From a virus, in the IMG/VR virus record IMGVR_UViG_3300048904_000185, positions 1 to 38,141 of that record: 38,141 bases of DNA; one strand, 5' to 3'. Positions 16,520 to 24,309 of this stretch are shown in pieces (the first letter of the stretch is position 1; every line of letters begins with the position of its first letter). The position numbers and the translations under genes are program-made. The notes below the pieces were generated by a model. It saw nothing but the letters and a program-made list of their open reading frames with translations. It made no database searches and was not told the origin of the DNA.

Positions 16520-17656
16520 ATGAGCGAAATTGAATCACCAGCCGCAGCGGTAATGCCAGATGCTTCAGCACCACAGGTACCAGAGCCTGTTGCACCGATA
16601 GCACCAGAACCAGTTGCACCAACAAACGATCAGCAGCAGGCAGACCCAAATGCCCCATCTAATATCACAGATGACGAACAGGCAGAATGGGACGAAGCCG
16701 CGAAATCGCTTGGCTTTCCAGGTGTAAAATCAACTGCCAAAAAAACTGATGAGGAGCAGCAACCTAATGGGCAAGATGAACAGCCGAAAGCAGACGAAGC
16801 GACGACAACGACAACAACTGTTGTCCCGGAAACGCCAACAACAGATACAACTACAGTCGCGCCAGTTGAAGCCACTGAAGACGGCGATGAAGAAGCGGGC
16901 CAACCTGATACCTCCATCAGGGATTCTCGGGCTATCGCTCGAGAGGTAGCTCAACAGCTTGAAGAAACAAAAGCAAATGTTCGTGAGCAATTATTCGGTG
17001 ATACGCCACGTGCGCTTATTGATAAGGATGGCAACGAAATTAAAGATTCCAGCGATGTTATGCAGTATGTCAACCCTGCGACAAAGACCGAGGAAAACCC
17101 CGAAGGCCGTCTATTTACTCGTGAAGAGGCAGATCAATGGCTTGCGTATCAGCGTAGCGAAATAAATACGAAAGTCGCTGAAAATGAAAAAGAAGTTGAG
17201 CGAATCGCCAATATCAATATCGGTATTGCTGACCAGGCTGACTCAATCAACGAGCAGTATGGTGAAATTCTCAAGGCTGACCCCGAACTCCGTGCAGAGT
17301 TGTGGAAGCAATATAGCAAAACACTTGTTACCAAAAAGGGTAAAGATGCTGAGGGTAAAGAAATCGATATCATTGTCGATGCTCCATATTCACTTGAGGA
17401 ATACTACCGCAACGCTCTTGAGCCACGCGCTGAAATCGGTCGTCAGCTAGAGGCCCAGGAAGCAGCTCAGGCTGCCGAAGCTGAGCGTCTTAAGCAGGAG
17501 CAGGAAAAACAGCGCAAGGAAAGCCGCCAAGACCGCTCTGATATTTATGGCGGAAGTGGCGATAAAGGCGGTATTGTCAGCGACGAAGCAAAAGAGTGGG
17601 ATGCGGCCGCAGCTGCTGTATTCAGCCCCGATCAACTAAACGCATTAAAGAAATAA
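16520..17656 (+). CDS. scaffold-like protein (acidic, coiled-coil, Thr-run near the N-terminus)
   Basis: 378 aa. GGGGGATAG RBS region. Highly charged helical C-terminal half (EAQEAAQAAEAERLKQEQEKQRKE). Lies between portal and capsid genes. TTTTTT...TTDTTT at 16802-16855. Confidence 0.5.
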   Translation: MSEIESPAAAVMPDASAPQVPEPVAPIAPEPVAPTNDQQQADPNAPSNITDDEQAEWDEAAKSLGFPGVKSTAKKTDEEQQPNGQDEQPKADEATTTTTTVVPETPTTDTTTVAPVEATEDGDEEAGQPDTSIRDSRAIAREVAQQLEETKANVREQLFGDTPRALIDKDGNEIKDSSDVMQYVNPATKTEENPEGRLFTREEADQWLAYQRSEINTKVAENEKEVERIANINIGIADQADSINEQYGEILKADPELRAELWKQYSKTLVTKKGKDAEGKEIDIIVDAPYSLEEYYRNALEPRAEIGRQLEAQEAAQAAEAERLKQEQEKQRKESRQDRSDIYGGSGDKGGIVSDEAKEWDAAAAAVFSPDQLNALKK

Positions 17657-17668
17657 GGAGAATGAGTC

Positions 17669-18241
17669 ATGGCTATTAAATGGTGGAATATCCGCAGTAA
17701 AGAAATCCGTATATCAGAGACTGAACCACATACCGCTGCAATGTGGGCAAGTTCAGATCATAGTCCGAACATTACCCAGGGACAAGATTTTGGTTGGCGT
17801 TTAGCCCCAGAGGTCGTTGTCGAAATGAAAAAAATCAAGCAAGACTTGCCAACGCTTACTGAGATTGCACGTCAGATCATGAAACAAACTGATGAAATTA
17901 CTGAGCCGGATATCTTGATGTATATCTCTGCGAAGTACGATGATAGTAATGCGCCACAGGCTGATGATGGCGACTACACAGATGAGTACGACGCCGAAAT
18001 TCGTCGTCTACAGGCTCAAGCTGATCGTGACAATAACCCACTTCCAGTTACCGAAACGACCACTGAAAGCCTCGCAGACTTGCAGAAACGTGTTGAGCTG
18101 CAAGAGCGTCTCGCAGCTGCCAAAAAAGTTGAGGAAGCACCTGTCACTACTACCACTACAGAAACACCTACAACGACAACCACCACCGTAAAACAAGCTA
18201 ATACTGGTCGTACTACAACGACGACTACGGAGGCAAAATAA
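17669..18241 (+). CDS. head-module protein with a C-terminal Thr-run tail
   Basis: 190 aa ending ...APVTTTTTETPTTTTTTVKQANTGRTTTTTTEAK (Thr-rich region 18146-18229). Function unknown (decoration protein, head fibre and small terminase are all open). Confidence 0.5.
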   Translation: MAIKWWNIRSKEIRISETEPHTAAMWASSDHSPNITQGQDFGWRLAPEVVVEMKKIKQDLPTLTEIARQIMKQTDEITEPDILMYISAKYDDSNAPQADDGDYTDEYDAEIRRLQAQADRDNNPLPVTETTTESLADLQKRVELQERLAAAKKVEEAPVTTTTTETPTTTTTTVKQANTGRTTTTTTEAK

Positions 18242-18492
18242 TGCAAGACGGCGAACGTGAACTGACCTATGGTGAGAAAATGGCTGGGGTAAATTTTAAT
18301 CCTAGTGCAATACCAGTGGTTGATGATGTTAAGAAATCTGCTGCAAGGTTTATCGATGATATTGTAGGCGATACCTATGATTTGCAGAGTGTTGCAACGC
18401 CAGAACAAAAGCTAATGCTTGAACAAGCAGTTATGCTTGCTCTTCAGGCACAAATGCTTACGGTTAAAGCTATCACCTATCGTCATAAATAA
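18241..18492 (+). CDS. small protein resembling the N4 gp49 / Sf6 gp66 family (possible Acb2-like cyclic-nucleotide sponge)
   Basis: 83 aa. ...LTYGEKMAGVNFNPSAIPVVDDVKKSAARFIDDI...LEQAVMLALQAQMLTVKAITYRHK. The FNPS...V..VK...A..ID...AQM..VKA.T pattern matches my memory of that family. Not verified by search. Confidence 0.4.
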   Translation: MQDGERELTYGEKMAGVNFNPSAIPVVDDVKKSAARFIDDIVGDTYDLQSVATPEQKLMLEQAVMLALQAQMLTVKAITYRHK

Positions 18493-18495
18493 TTG

Positions 18496-18501
18496 TATAA
18501 T
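18496..18501 (+). promoter_or_regulatory. perfect TATAAT box upstream of 18537
   Basis: attgTATAATtga lies in the 44-nt gap, 35 nt before the ATG. No convincing -35. Confidence 0.3.
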
Positions 18502-18536
18502 TGATTTTGTGAATAACTAATAAAGGGGACTATCTC

Positions 18537-18869
18537 ATGGCAACAGAAAGCGGAACTGGCACTGGCCCAGAATCACCAACCACAACTACCACAACTGAGG
18601 CGGAAGTTACGACGACAACTGCCACCACAGAAGAACCAACCACGACTACCACCACAGTCGATAGTACTGAGGAAGATTTCAACTCTCAAGATGAAGCTGC
18701 GGCACAAGAAAAGGCATTTGAAGATGCTGTTGCAGCTGGTCGGAATACTGAAGTCGAAGAGCCAGCAGACGACCACATCCTTGGCGACAACGAAACAACA
18801 CATGGCGAATTACTCGCCAACGCTCGTGCAGAGGCTCTTGCCAATCACGAAGCTGAGCACGCTGAATAA
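18537..18869 (+). CDS. small acidic protein with N-terminal Thr runs
   Basis: 110 aa, with RBS AAAGGGG. SPTTTTTTEAEVTTTTATTEEPTTTTTTVDS at 18579-18656. Its stop codon directly abuts the terminase stop codon (TAA|TTA). Confidence 0.5.
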   Translation: MATESGTGTGPESPTTTTTTEAEVTTTTATTEEPTTTTTTVDSTEEDFNSQDEAAAQEKAFEDAVAAGRNTEVEEPADDHILGDNETTHGELLANARAEALANHEAEHAE

Positions 18870-20240
18870 TTAACTAGCGGGTTTATACTGGGCGGCAGCT
18901 GCGAAGCTGTCGCTTTCATATGTCTCTTGGCCACCTGCCTCGAATAGGAAGTTACCAGCATCATCGAAGAATTGTCTAATCGCTGCAAACATATAGCGAA
19001 CTGAGTCAGCCGCGTGCGACTCAGTTTTATGTTCTGGCCCCATATACTCGCCTGTATCAGGATTCCACTTACGGGAGTATTTAAGGAGTTTTTCGCGCAG
19101 TTGTTTGGTTGTCTCGGTATTCATGAATGACTTTATGATTTCTTCAACAGCACGCTGTATACCGTGCTCCTTGCCTTCGCGGGTGATAATCGATATGTTG
19201 GTCAGACCAAGGGCCTCAAGCTTCTGTATGCGCTCGATAGCGTCGCTCTGTTCACGGACATTAGCATCGTGCGGCACAAAATGCCAGCCGTAGTTGTATG
19301 GTTTCAGTTTGAGGGCAGCCACTATGGTGTTATAGGCTACATCATGGGTTTCGTAATAATCGATAATAAACAGCTGTTTGTTCACATACTGGAAGAAGGT
19401 TATGGCTGTGCTATCGCCGGTACCAAGGTCCCAGGCGGTATAAACTGGCCATTCACTGCGCCATGGCACATCACGAATACGGCCTCGTTTTTCTAGCTGC
19501 ATGAGGGCATTGCCATAGTAGCTTGTTTCGCTCACCTGGCCCCAGTCACACATGTACTCCTGCATAAACTTAAAGTTACTACCGTACTTCTCGATAATTT
19601 CTTCTTCGAGGTCTTTGAGGATTTCTTTTGATAGGAAGTGGTCGGCAGTGATACGGCTGGCGAACTGGGTTTTGTCACCCTCTGTCCACTTCCTAAAGGC
19701 ACGCTCCCACATCTTTTTAAAGGCAGCACCAGAGGTACCATCGACTTTTGGCGTCGACTGGACGATGATTTGACCACCGTTCACAGCAATGATTGGACGG
19801 ATAACTTCGTAGGCCTCGCTACTAATATCAACGAACTCAGAGAAGATATATAGCTTGCCGTTCGCACCACGTAGTGCTTCAGGGTCTTTGGCACCGAGTA
19901 GCGACAGCACACTGCCGTTTTTAAATATAATTTTCATATTAGTTTCGCTGTTTGTACGACTCGCAACAATGCCCTTTGGTATGTGGTCGAAGATCTTTTT
20001 GCCATCGTTTTCAGTAGTGTTCCAAAAGTTGTCATACCCCTGTTTCATAGTCGGCCAAACGATGACAACGTTCATTGGCTCTTGTACCATCTTTTTGATA
20101 GCATAGGCAAAAGCAGTGAAGTCTTTGCCACCACGACGGGCCCAGCACCATACTGAAATGGTGACACCGAGATCGAGTGCAGCCAGCGCCTCGGCTTGGT
20201 AGTCGCGCGGGTCAAAGTAGAGTGGTACTTGTATAGCCAT
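18870..20240 (-). CDS. terL: terminase large subunit
   Basis: 456 aa. N-terminal ATPase (YQAEAL..., WCWARRGGKDFTAFAY Walker A-like, IFSEF Walker B-like). C-terminal nuclease motifs (YTAWDLGTGDSTAITFFQ, HFVPHDANVRE, HAADSVRY). Confidence 0.9.
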   Translation of the reverse strand: MAIQVPLYFDPRDYQAEALAALDLGVTISVWCWARRGGKDFTAFAYAIKKMVQEPMNVVIVWPTMKQGYDNFWNTTENDGKKIFDHIPKGIVASRTNSETNMKIIFKNGSVLSLLGAKDPEALRGANGKLYIFSEFVDISSEAYEVIRPIIAVNGGQIIVQSTPKVDGTSGAAFKKMWERAFRKWTEGDKTQFASRITADHFLSKEILKDLEEEIIEKYGSNFKFMQEYMCDWGQVSETSYYGNALMQLEKRGRIRDVPWRSEWPVYTAWDLGTGDSTAITFFQYVNKQLFIIDYYETHDVAYNTIVAALKLKPYNYGWHFVPHDANVREQSDAIERIQKLEALGLTNISIITREGKEHGIQRAVEEIIKSFMNTETTKQLREKLLKYSRKWNPDTGEYMGPEHKTESHAADSVRYMFAAIRQFFDDAGNFLFEAGGQETYESDSFAAAAQYKPAS

Positions 20241-20272
20241 AGATGATGCCTGTGTTTATCATTTGTTGTAAT

Positions 20273-20290
20273 AATAGCATAAATGCTATT
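20273..20290. promoter_or_regulatory. perfect 8-bp-arm palindrome (AATAGCAT aa ATGCTATT), candidate operator
   Basis: Read in the divergent terL/capsid gap. Its right arm overlaps the TTGCAA -35 box by 2 nt (20289-20290). No U-run, so it is unlikely to be a terminator. Confidence 0.35.
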
Positions 20291-20318
20291 GCAATTAGAG
20301 AATCATTACCGCTATAAT
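20289..20318 (+). promoter_or_regulatory. sigma-70/sigma-A-type promoter for the capsid operon
   Basis: TTGCAA (20289-20294), an 18-nt spacer, then TATAAT (20313-20318), 53 nt upstream of the capsid ATG. RBS ACGAGGA. Confidence 0.55.
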
Positions 20319-20371
20319 GTCTTTGTCATACAGGCGGACACTTATATAAAGTTTTTAACGAGGATACTCAA

Positions 20372-21220
20372 ATGGCATACGGTACAAAAACCGCAAACGT
20401 CATGGACATCCCACTGAGCATTAGTTCGGTTTTTACCCCTTACGTGGGCGACCAGGGCTATAAGTGGGACGGCCTGAACAGCGTCCGTGTCCTGTCTATT
20501 GCAGACGGTTCACTGTCGAACTACGACGAAACCAGCGCTACTGCCCCATTCGGCAGTCCATCGCTCGTCGTGCCAAATGAGCAAGTTCTGGCATTGGCTT
20601 ACAACAAGTCGATGTTGCTCCGCATCCAGCGCACCCAGATTCAGGACATTCCAGTTAGCCAATTCGCAAAGCAAGTTGCTTTGCAGCAAGCTAACGATGT
20701 GTTTGTCCCAGCGCACGACGCTTACTCATTGGGTAAAGTGTTCGCAGCGCGCCCTTCCGGTAACGTGACTGCCGTAAATACAAGTCGCAACGATAATGGT
20801 CTTCAGACCATGATTAACAAAATCCGTACTGCGGGTGGTAATCTTTCAAACGTTGTTTGTTGGGTTACGTACACCTTCGCAGCTACCATCCGTGACAAGA
20901 TCAACTACACTGGTAGTGACGCTGGTTACGCAAATGGTCAGAACGGCTACCTTGGGAAGATCGCCGGTGTTACAACCGTCGAAGTGCCTGATCTCTACCT
21001 GTTCGCAGGTGTGAGCGCTCTTGCAGCTGACAAACGAGCAATCGTCAACGTCACTCCTAAGATGGACCCAAAGCGTGATTTGGTTGTCATCGACCCTGTG
21101 CCATCGTTTAGCGGTGTTGAGCTTCAGCTCCGTGACCGTGCAGACACATTCGTGTTGAACAAAAAAGTCAACGCAGTTGCATCACTTGAAACTGCTGCTT
21201 CGACCACAACGACTACTTAA
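20372..21220 (+). CDS. major capsid protein (putative), C-terminal TTTTT tail
   Basis: 282 aa with its own strong promoter and RBS. Position follows the portal/scaffold block. The sequence style resembles small HK97-fold podovirus coat proteins. It ends ...LETAASTTTTT (Thr codons 21203-21217). Confidence 0.65.
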   Translation: MAYGTKTANVMDIPLSISSVFTPYVGDQGYKWDGLNSVRVLSIADGSLSNYDETSATAPFGSPSLVVPNEQVLALAYNKSMLLRIQRTQIQDIPVSQFAKQVALQQANDVFVPAHDAYSLGKVFAARPSGNVTAVNTSRNDNGLQTMINKIRTAGGNLSNVVCWVTYTFAATIRDKINYTGSDAGYANGQNGYLGKIAGVTTVEVPDLYLFAGVSALAADKRAIVNVTPKMDPKRDLVVIDPVPSFSGVELQLRDRADTFVLNKKVNAVASLETAASTTTTT

Positions 21221-21236
21221 TTGGTAGCCGCACGGT

Positions 21237-22106
21237 ATGAAAATAATATTGTGTCAGCCAGCGATCAAACGCTTCCAATGGGAGCTTGAGGTCCTGCTGA
21301 CCAATATTAGGCAATTCGGTAACTTTGAAGTCGTACTCTTATTTACGGAGTACGACTTTACTGTTCCGATGTATTTCCGTAATAAGTACCCGGAGTGTGA
21401 GGTATACACCTACCCTGAGCGCGCTAACCGCGCATACATTCCGTCAGTACGCCCGTACTTGTGGTGGAAATATCTATCGGAGGACCCAAGCCGCGAAAAA
21501 GAAACCTATCTTTATATCGATAGTGACGTCATTTTTCGTGAAATGCTAGATTTTGCGACATTAGGTGCAGACGCCGACCACTGGGTTGGTAGTGACTGTT
21601 CGAGCTATATTAGCTATGATTACATGTCAAAATGCGAAAAGGGTGATATAATTGCCGCAAAAATGGCTGAAATAACTGGTGTAACAATCGACCAGATGAA
21701 GGCTACGCCAGGTGCAGGCGCACAGTGGGTTATCACCAATCCTACCGCTGAGTATTGGAAACGAGTCTACGACGACAGTAATAGTATCTACAACTATTTT
21801 AGTGGCGTTGATAGCAATATCCAGAAGTGGACCGCCGAAATGTGGGCACAGCTATGGGGTATGGTGCGTGAGGGTAAAACGGTGCTTATGCCGAAAGAGA
21901 TGGACTTTATTATGTCCACGAACCCAGCTGATGACTATTATGGAGTAAAAATACTCCATAATGCAGGGGTTACTGGCTCTGACGATGGTTGGTTCTTTAA
22001 GGGGGCATTTGCTGATGAATCACCCCTTGGCCGCGACTGGGATGGTATTCGGACTGATAAAGCAGTATGGCATTATATACAGGCGCTTAAAAAGGTAGTA
22101 GTATAG
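21237..22106 (+). CDS. GT-A-fold glycosyltransferase-like protein
   Basis: 289 aa. ETYLYIDSDVIF (DxD at aa 95-97, nt 21519-21527) follows a hydrophobic strand. A later KILHNAG His lies at aa 241. The spacing is reminiscent of Mn-dependent GT8-like enzymes. Motif-level evidence only. Confidence 0.55.
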   Translation: MKIILCQPAIKRFQWELEVLLTNIRQFGNFEVVLLFTEYDFTVPMYFRNKYPECEVYTYPERANRAYIPSVRPYLWWKYLSEDPSREKETYLYIDSDVIFREMLDFATLGADADHWVGSDCSSYISYDYMSKCEKGDIIAAKMAEITGVTIDQMKATPGAGAQWVITNPTAEYWKRVYDDSNSIYNYFSGVDSNIQKWTAEMWAQLWGMVREGKTVLMPKEMDFIMSTNPADDYYGVKILHNAGVTGSDDGWFFKGAFADESPLGRDWDGIRTDKAVWHYIQALKKVVV

Positions 22107-22129
22107 GGGCAGCATAAGGGGCAATAAAC

Positions 22130-22909
22130 ATGGATTATGACTACTTACCAGTAAGCAACGGTTCCGGAGACTCAGCACTAATGCACATCATGGCCGACCG
22201 GTCGGTCGGTGCTACTTCGTTTACTGTTGATGGTACAGTCAACGTCGCTACAAAGTTCATTGGTACGACAGGCACACTCCTGTCAACTGGTTATATTGAC
22301 CCCACCACCAAAAAAGATATTAAGATGCACAAGGTTGACTCAACCCATGTCGCAATCGACGCCTTCGAGCCAGGTTTTACTGATACCGGTAATACAACTG
22401 GCCAGGTAATCGTTGTCAAGCCGAATACTGGCTGGGCAAACCGCGTCGCTAGTCATATTAAGAATATGACGGGCTTTGGTACCCCAGAGAGTGTCACTGT
22501 AGCAGGTCTGACGGCCTCGAGTAACGTAAGTGTTGGTGGGAATCTGACCGTGACCGGCAGTCTAACTGTCAGTGGTGGCCAGCGGCCGAACCCTCGCTCG
22601 TCGTCAACCACCTCGGTGACGACACTCACTCCAAACATAGACACATACAACTTCTACGACCTGACAGCACAAGCCGCTGGGCTGACAGTCGCGAACCCAA
22701 CGGGCACACCTCGTGATGGTGATGTTATACTCATCCGTATTAAAGACAATGGTACGAGCCAAACAATCACCTATGGCACTGCCTATACAAATATCAGTGG
22801 GCTTGATAGCCTAGTCGCGACGACAATTAGCAAGTGGCACACGATTGGCGCTGTTTACGAAGCGACAACCTCGAAATGGCAGATAGTTAGCATAACTACG
22901 GAGGCGTAG
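22130..22909 (+). CDS. tail fibre/receptor-binding-like protein
   Basis: 259 aa with RBS AAGGGG. Beta-rich with VGGNLTVTGSLTVSGG-type fibre repeats. Confidence 0.45.
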   Translation: MDYDYLPVSNGSGDSALMHIMADRSVGATSFTVDGTVNVATKFIGTTGTLLSTGYIDPTTKKDIKMHKVDSTHVAIDAFEPGFTDTGNTTGQVIVVKPNTGWANRVASHIKNMTGFGTPESVTVAGLTASSNVSVGGNLTVTGSLTVSGGQRPNPRSSSTTSVTTLTPNIDTYNFYDLTAQAAGLTVANPTGTPRDGDVILIRIKDNGTSQTITYGTAYTNISGLDSLVATTISKWHTIGAVYEATTSKWQIVSITTEA

Positions 22910-22913
22910 GAAA

Positions 22914-23630
22914 ATGTCTAACTGGGATAGAAATTATTCAAACGGGAGTTACTTCAACAACTGGCATGGCCGATTGGTTTACAATCTCAATTCGCAAAAT
23001 GTTGGGGCAAATACCTCGAATATCTCGCTAACCCTACAAACTTTTGCAGATAGTGGTGCATACAGCCAAAACGGTAGCTGGGACCCGAGGATTTATATCA
23101 ATGGTGGTCTTGTAGCCGCTCCTGGCGGTAGTCACTCTATTGGCGGTTCAACACCATTTACGCTAGCATCATGGTCTGGCGACGTTGGACATGATGCAAA
23201 TGGTAACTGGTCAGGCTCGATAGGCGATTATATCAATGCTCCTATCAATGAAATGACCTATGATGCGATTGGTTGGACCCTACCTCGTTTGCCGCTTGCC
23301 CCCTCGATTGCAGGCAATACTGTCGATCAGATTACACCAAAGTCAGCACGGCTTGGTACTGAAATAAGTAGCTATGGTCATGGCACAAGCGCGGCCTGTC
23401 GATTCTACTATCGTATACAAGGTATAGGGTCATATACGGCAACTGGCGATCAAACCGACGTTGCGGGCTACAATTATTTCAATATCACAGGGCTAAAGCC
23501 TGGTAAAACATACGAATACTACTCATATTGGTATAATAATAACGGAGATGTTTCTACATCTGGTGTATCAACGTTCAAAACCAAGGGAATAGCCAGCATG
23601 GTACCCCTGCTGACAAGTTTGGCTTCATAA
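22914..23630 (+). CDS. tail-associated protein with a C-terminal FN3-like domain
   Basis: 238 aa. PLAPSIAGNTVDQITPKSARL...FNITGLKPGKTYEYYSYWYNNNGDVS...FKT fits the fibronectin type III pattern. Confidence 0.5.
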   Translation: MSNWDRNYSNGSYFNNWHGRLVYNLNSQNVGANTSNISLTLQTFADSGAYSQNGSWDPRIYINGGLVAAPGGSHSIGGSTPFTLASWSGDVGHDANGNWSGSIGDYINAPINEMTYDAIGWTLPRLPLAPSIAGNTVDQITPKSARLGTEISSYGHGTSAACRFYYRIQGIGSYTATGDQTDVAGYNYFNITGLKPGKTYEYYSYWYNNNGDVSTSGVSTFKTKGIASMVPLLTSLAS

Positions 23631-23648
23631 AGCAAAGGTTATGCTAAT

Positions 23649-23915
23649 ATGAAAGAGCAAATAAGACTAAACAACGGTAAGAAAATGAAAATAAACGACC
23701 CAGATGTTGCCGAACTACAGAATCTCGACGACCACGATTTGCTTATTATCATGCATACTCAGATGATAAATTTGCGCTCTGAGGTGAAGGATATAAGAAA
23801 GAATTTTGCTCCTAAATGGGTGCAGCACGTCGTAACATTCATCATCGTTGGATTTGGTAGTGCGGTTATTACTGGGTTAGCTAATCTCGTGGTTCACGCG
23901 GTAGGAGGCAATTAA
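23649..23915 (+). CDS. small membrane-anchored coiled-coil protein (XhlA-like architecture)
   Basis: 88 aa. N-terminal charged helix (LRSEVKDIRKNF) plus a C-terminal TM (WVQHVVTFIIVGFGSAVITGLANLVV). Confidence 0.45.
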   Translation: MKEQIRLNNGKKMKINDPDVAELQNLDDHDLLIIMHTQMINLRSEVKDIRKNFAPKWVQHVVTFIIVGFGSAVITGLANLVVHAVGGN

Positions 23916-23916
23916 A

Positions 23917-24309
23917 ATGGCAGGTGTTATTGAATTTACCCGAGGCGATGGTGTTCACCATTCGCTACTTATTCCTACCGCGAACTGGACAGCAGGTGGT
24001 ACACTCTTTTTTGGCGCAAAACCCGCGATCGACGATGATGCAACAGATACCGTTGCTGTGCTAAAGAACTCATGGACAGACTCTGCTACCTCCGATGTTA
24101 CGGTGAATGGTGTAGCGTATAAAAAATATGACTGCTATTTTCCGCACGCGGTTACTTATCCTATCGATAGTGGTGGAGCCGATGAGTTAGATCTCCTCGG
24201 AGAATTTCAGTGGGTACCTGCTGGTGGTGGCGACCCTATTACTTTTCCAGCTAGCAATGACAAGCTCGATTGCAAAATTTACTTCGATGTTAACCGAAGG
24301 ACATCATAA
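23917..24309 (+). CDS. tail/baseplate-associated small protein
   Basis: 130-aa beta-rich ORF, translationally coupled to the fibre gene (ATAATG overlap at 24309). Confidence 0.4.
   Translation: MAGVIEFTRGDGVHHSLLIPTANWTAGGTLFFGAKPAIDDDATDTVAVLKNSWTDSATSDVTVNGVAYKKYDCYFPHAVTYPIDSGGADELDLLGEFQWVPAGGGDPITFPASNDKLDCKIYFDVNRRTS

Noticed and set aside
19105-20106. Plus-strand ORFs inside terL (19105-19293, 19164-19496, 19552-19773, 19638-19853, 19855-20106), which would have restored a uniform plus-strand operon
   Set aside because: They are short, fragmented across three frames and motif-free, whereas the minus-strand frame gives an uninterrupted 456-aa protein with full terminase ATPase and nuclease motifs. 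The inversion of terL is therefore real in this sequence.
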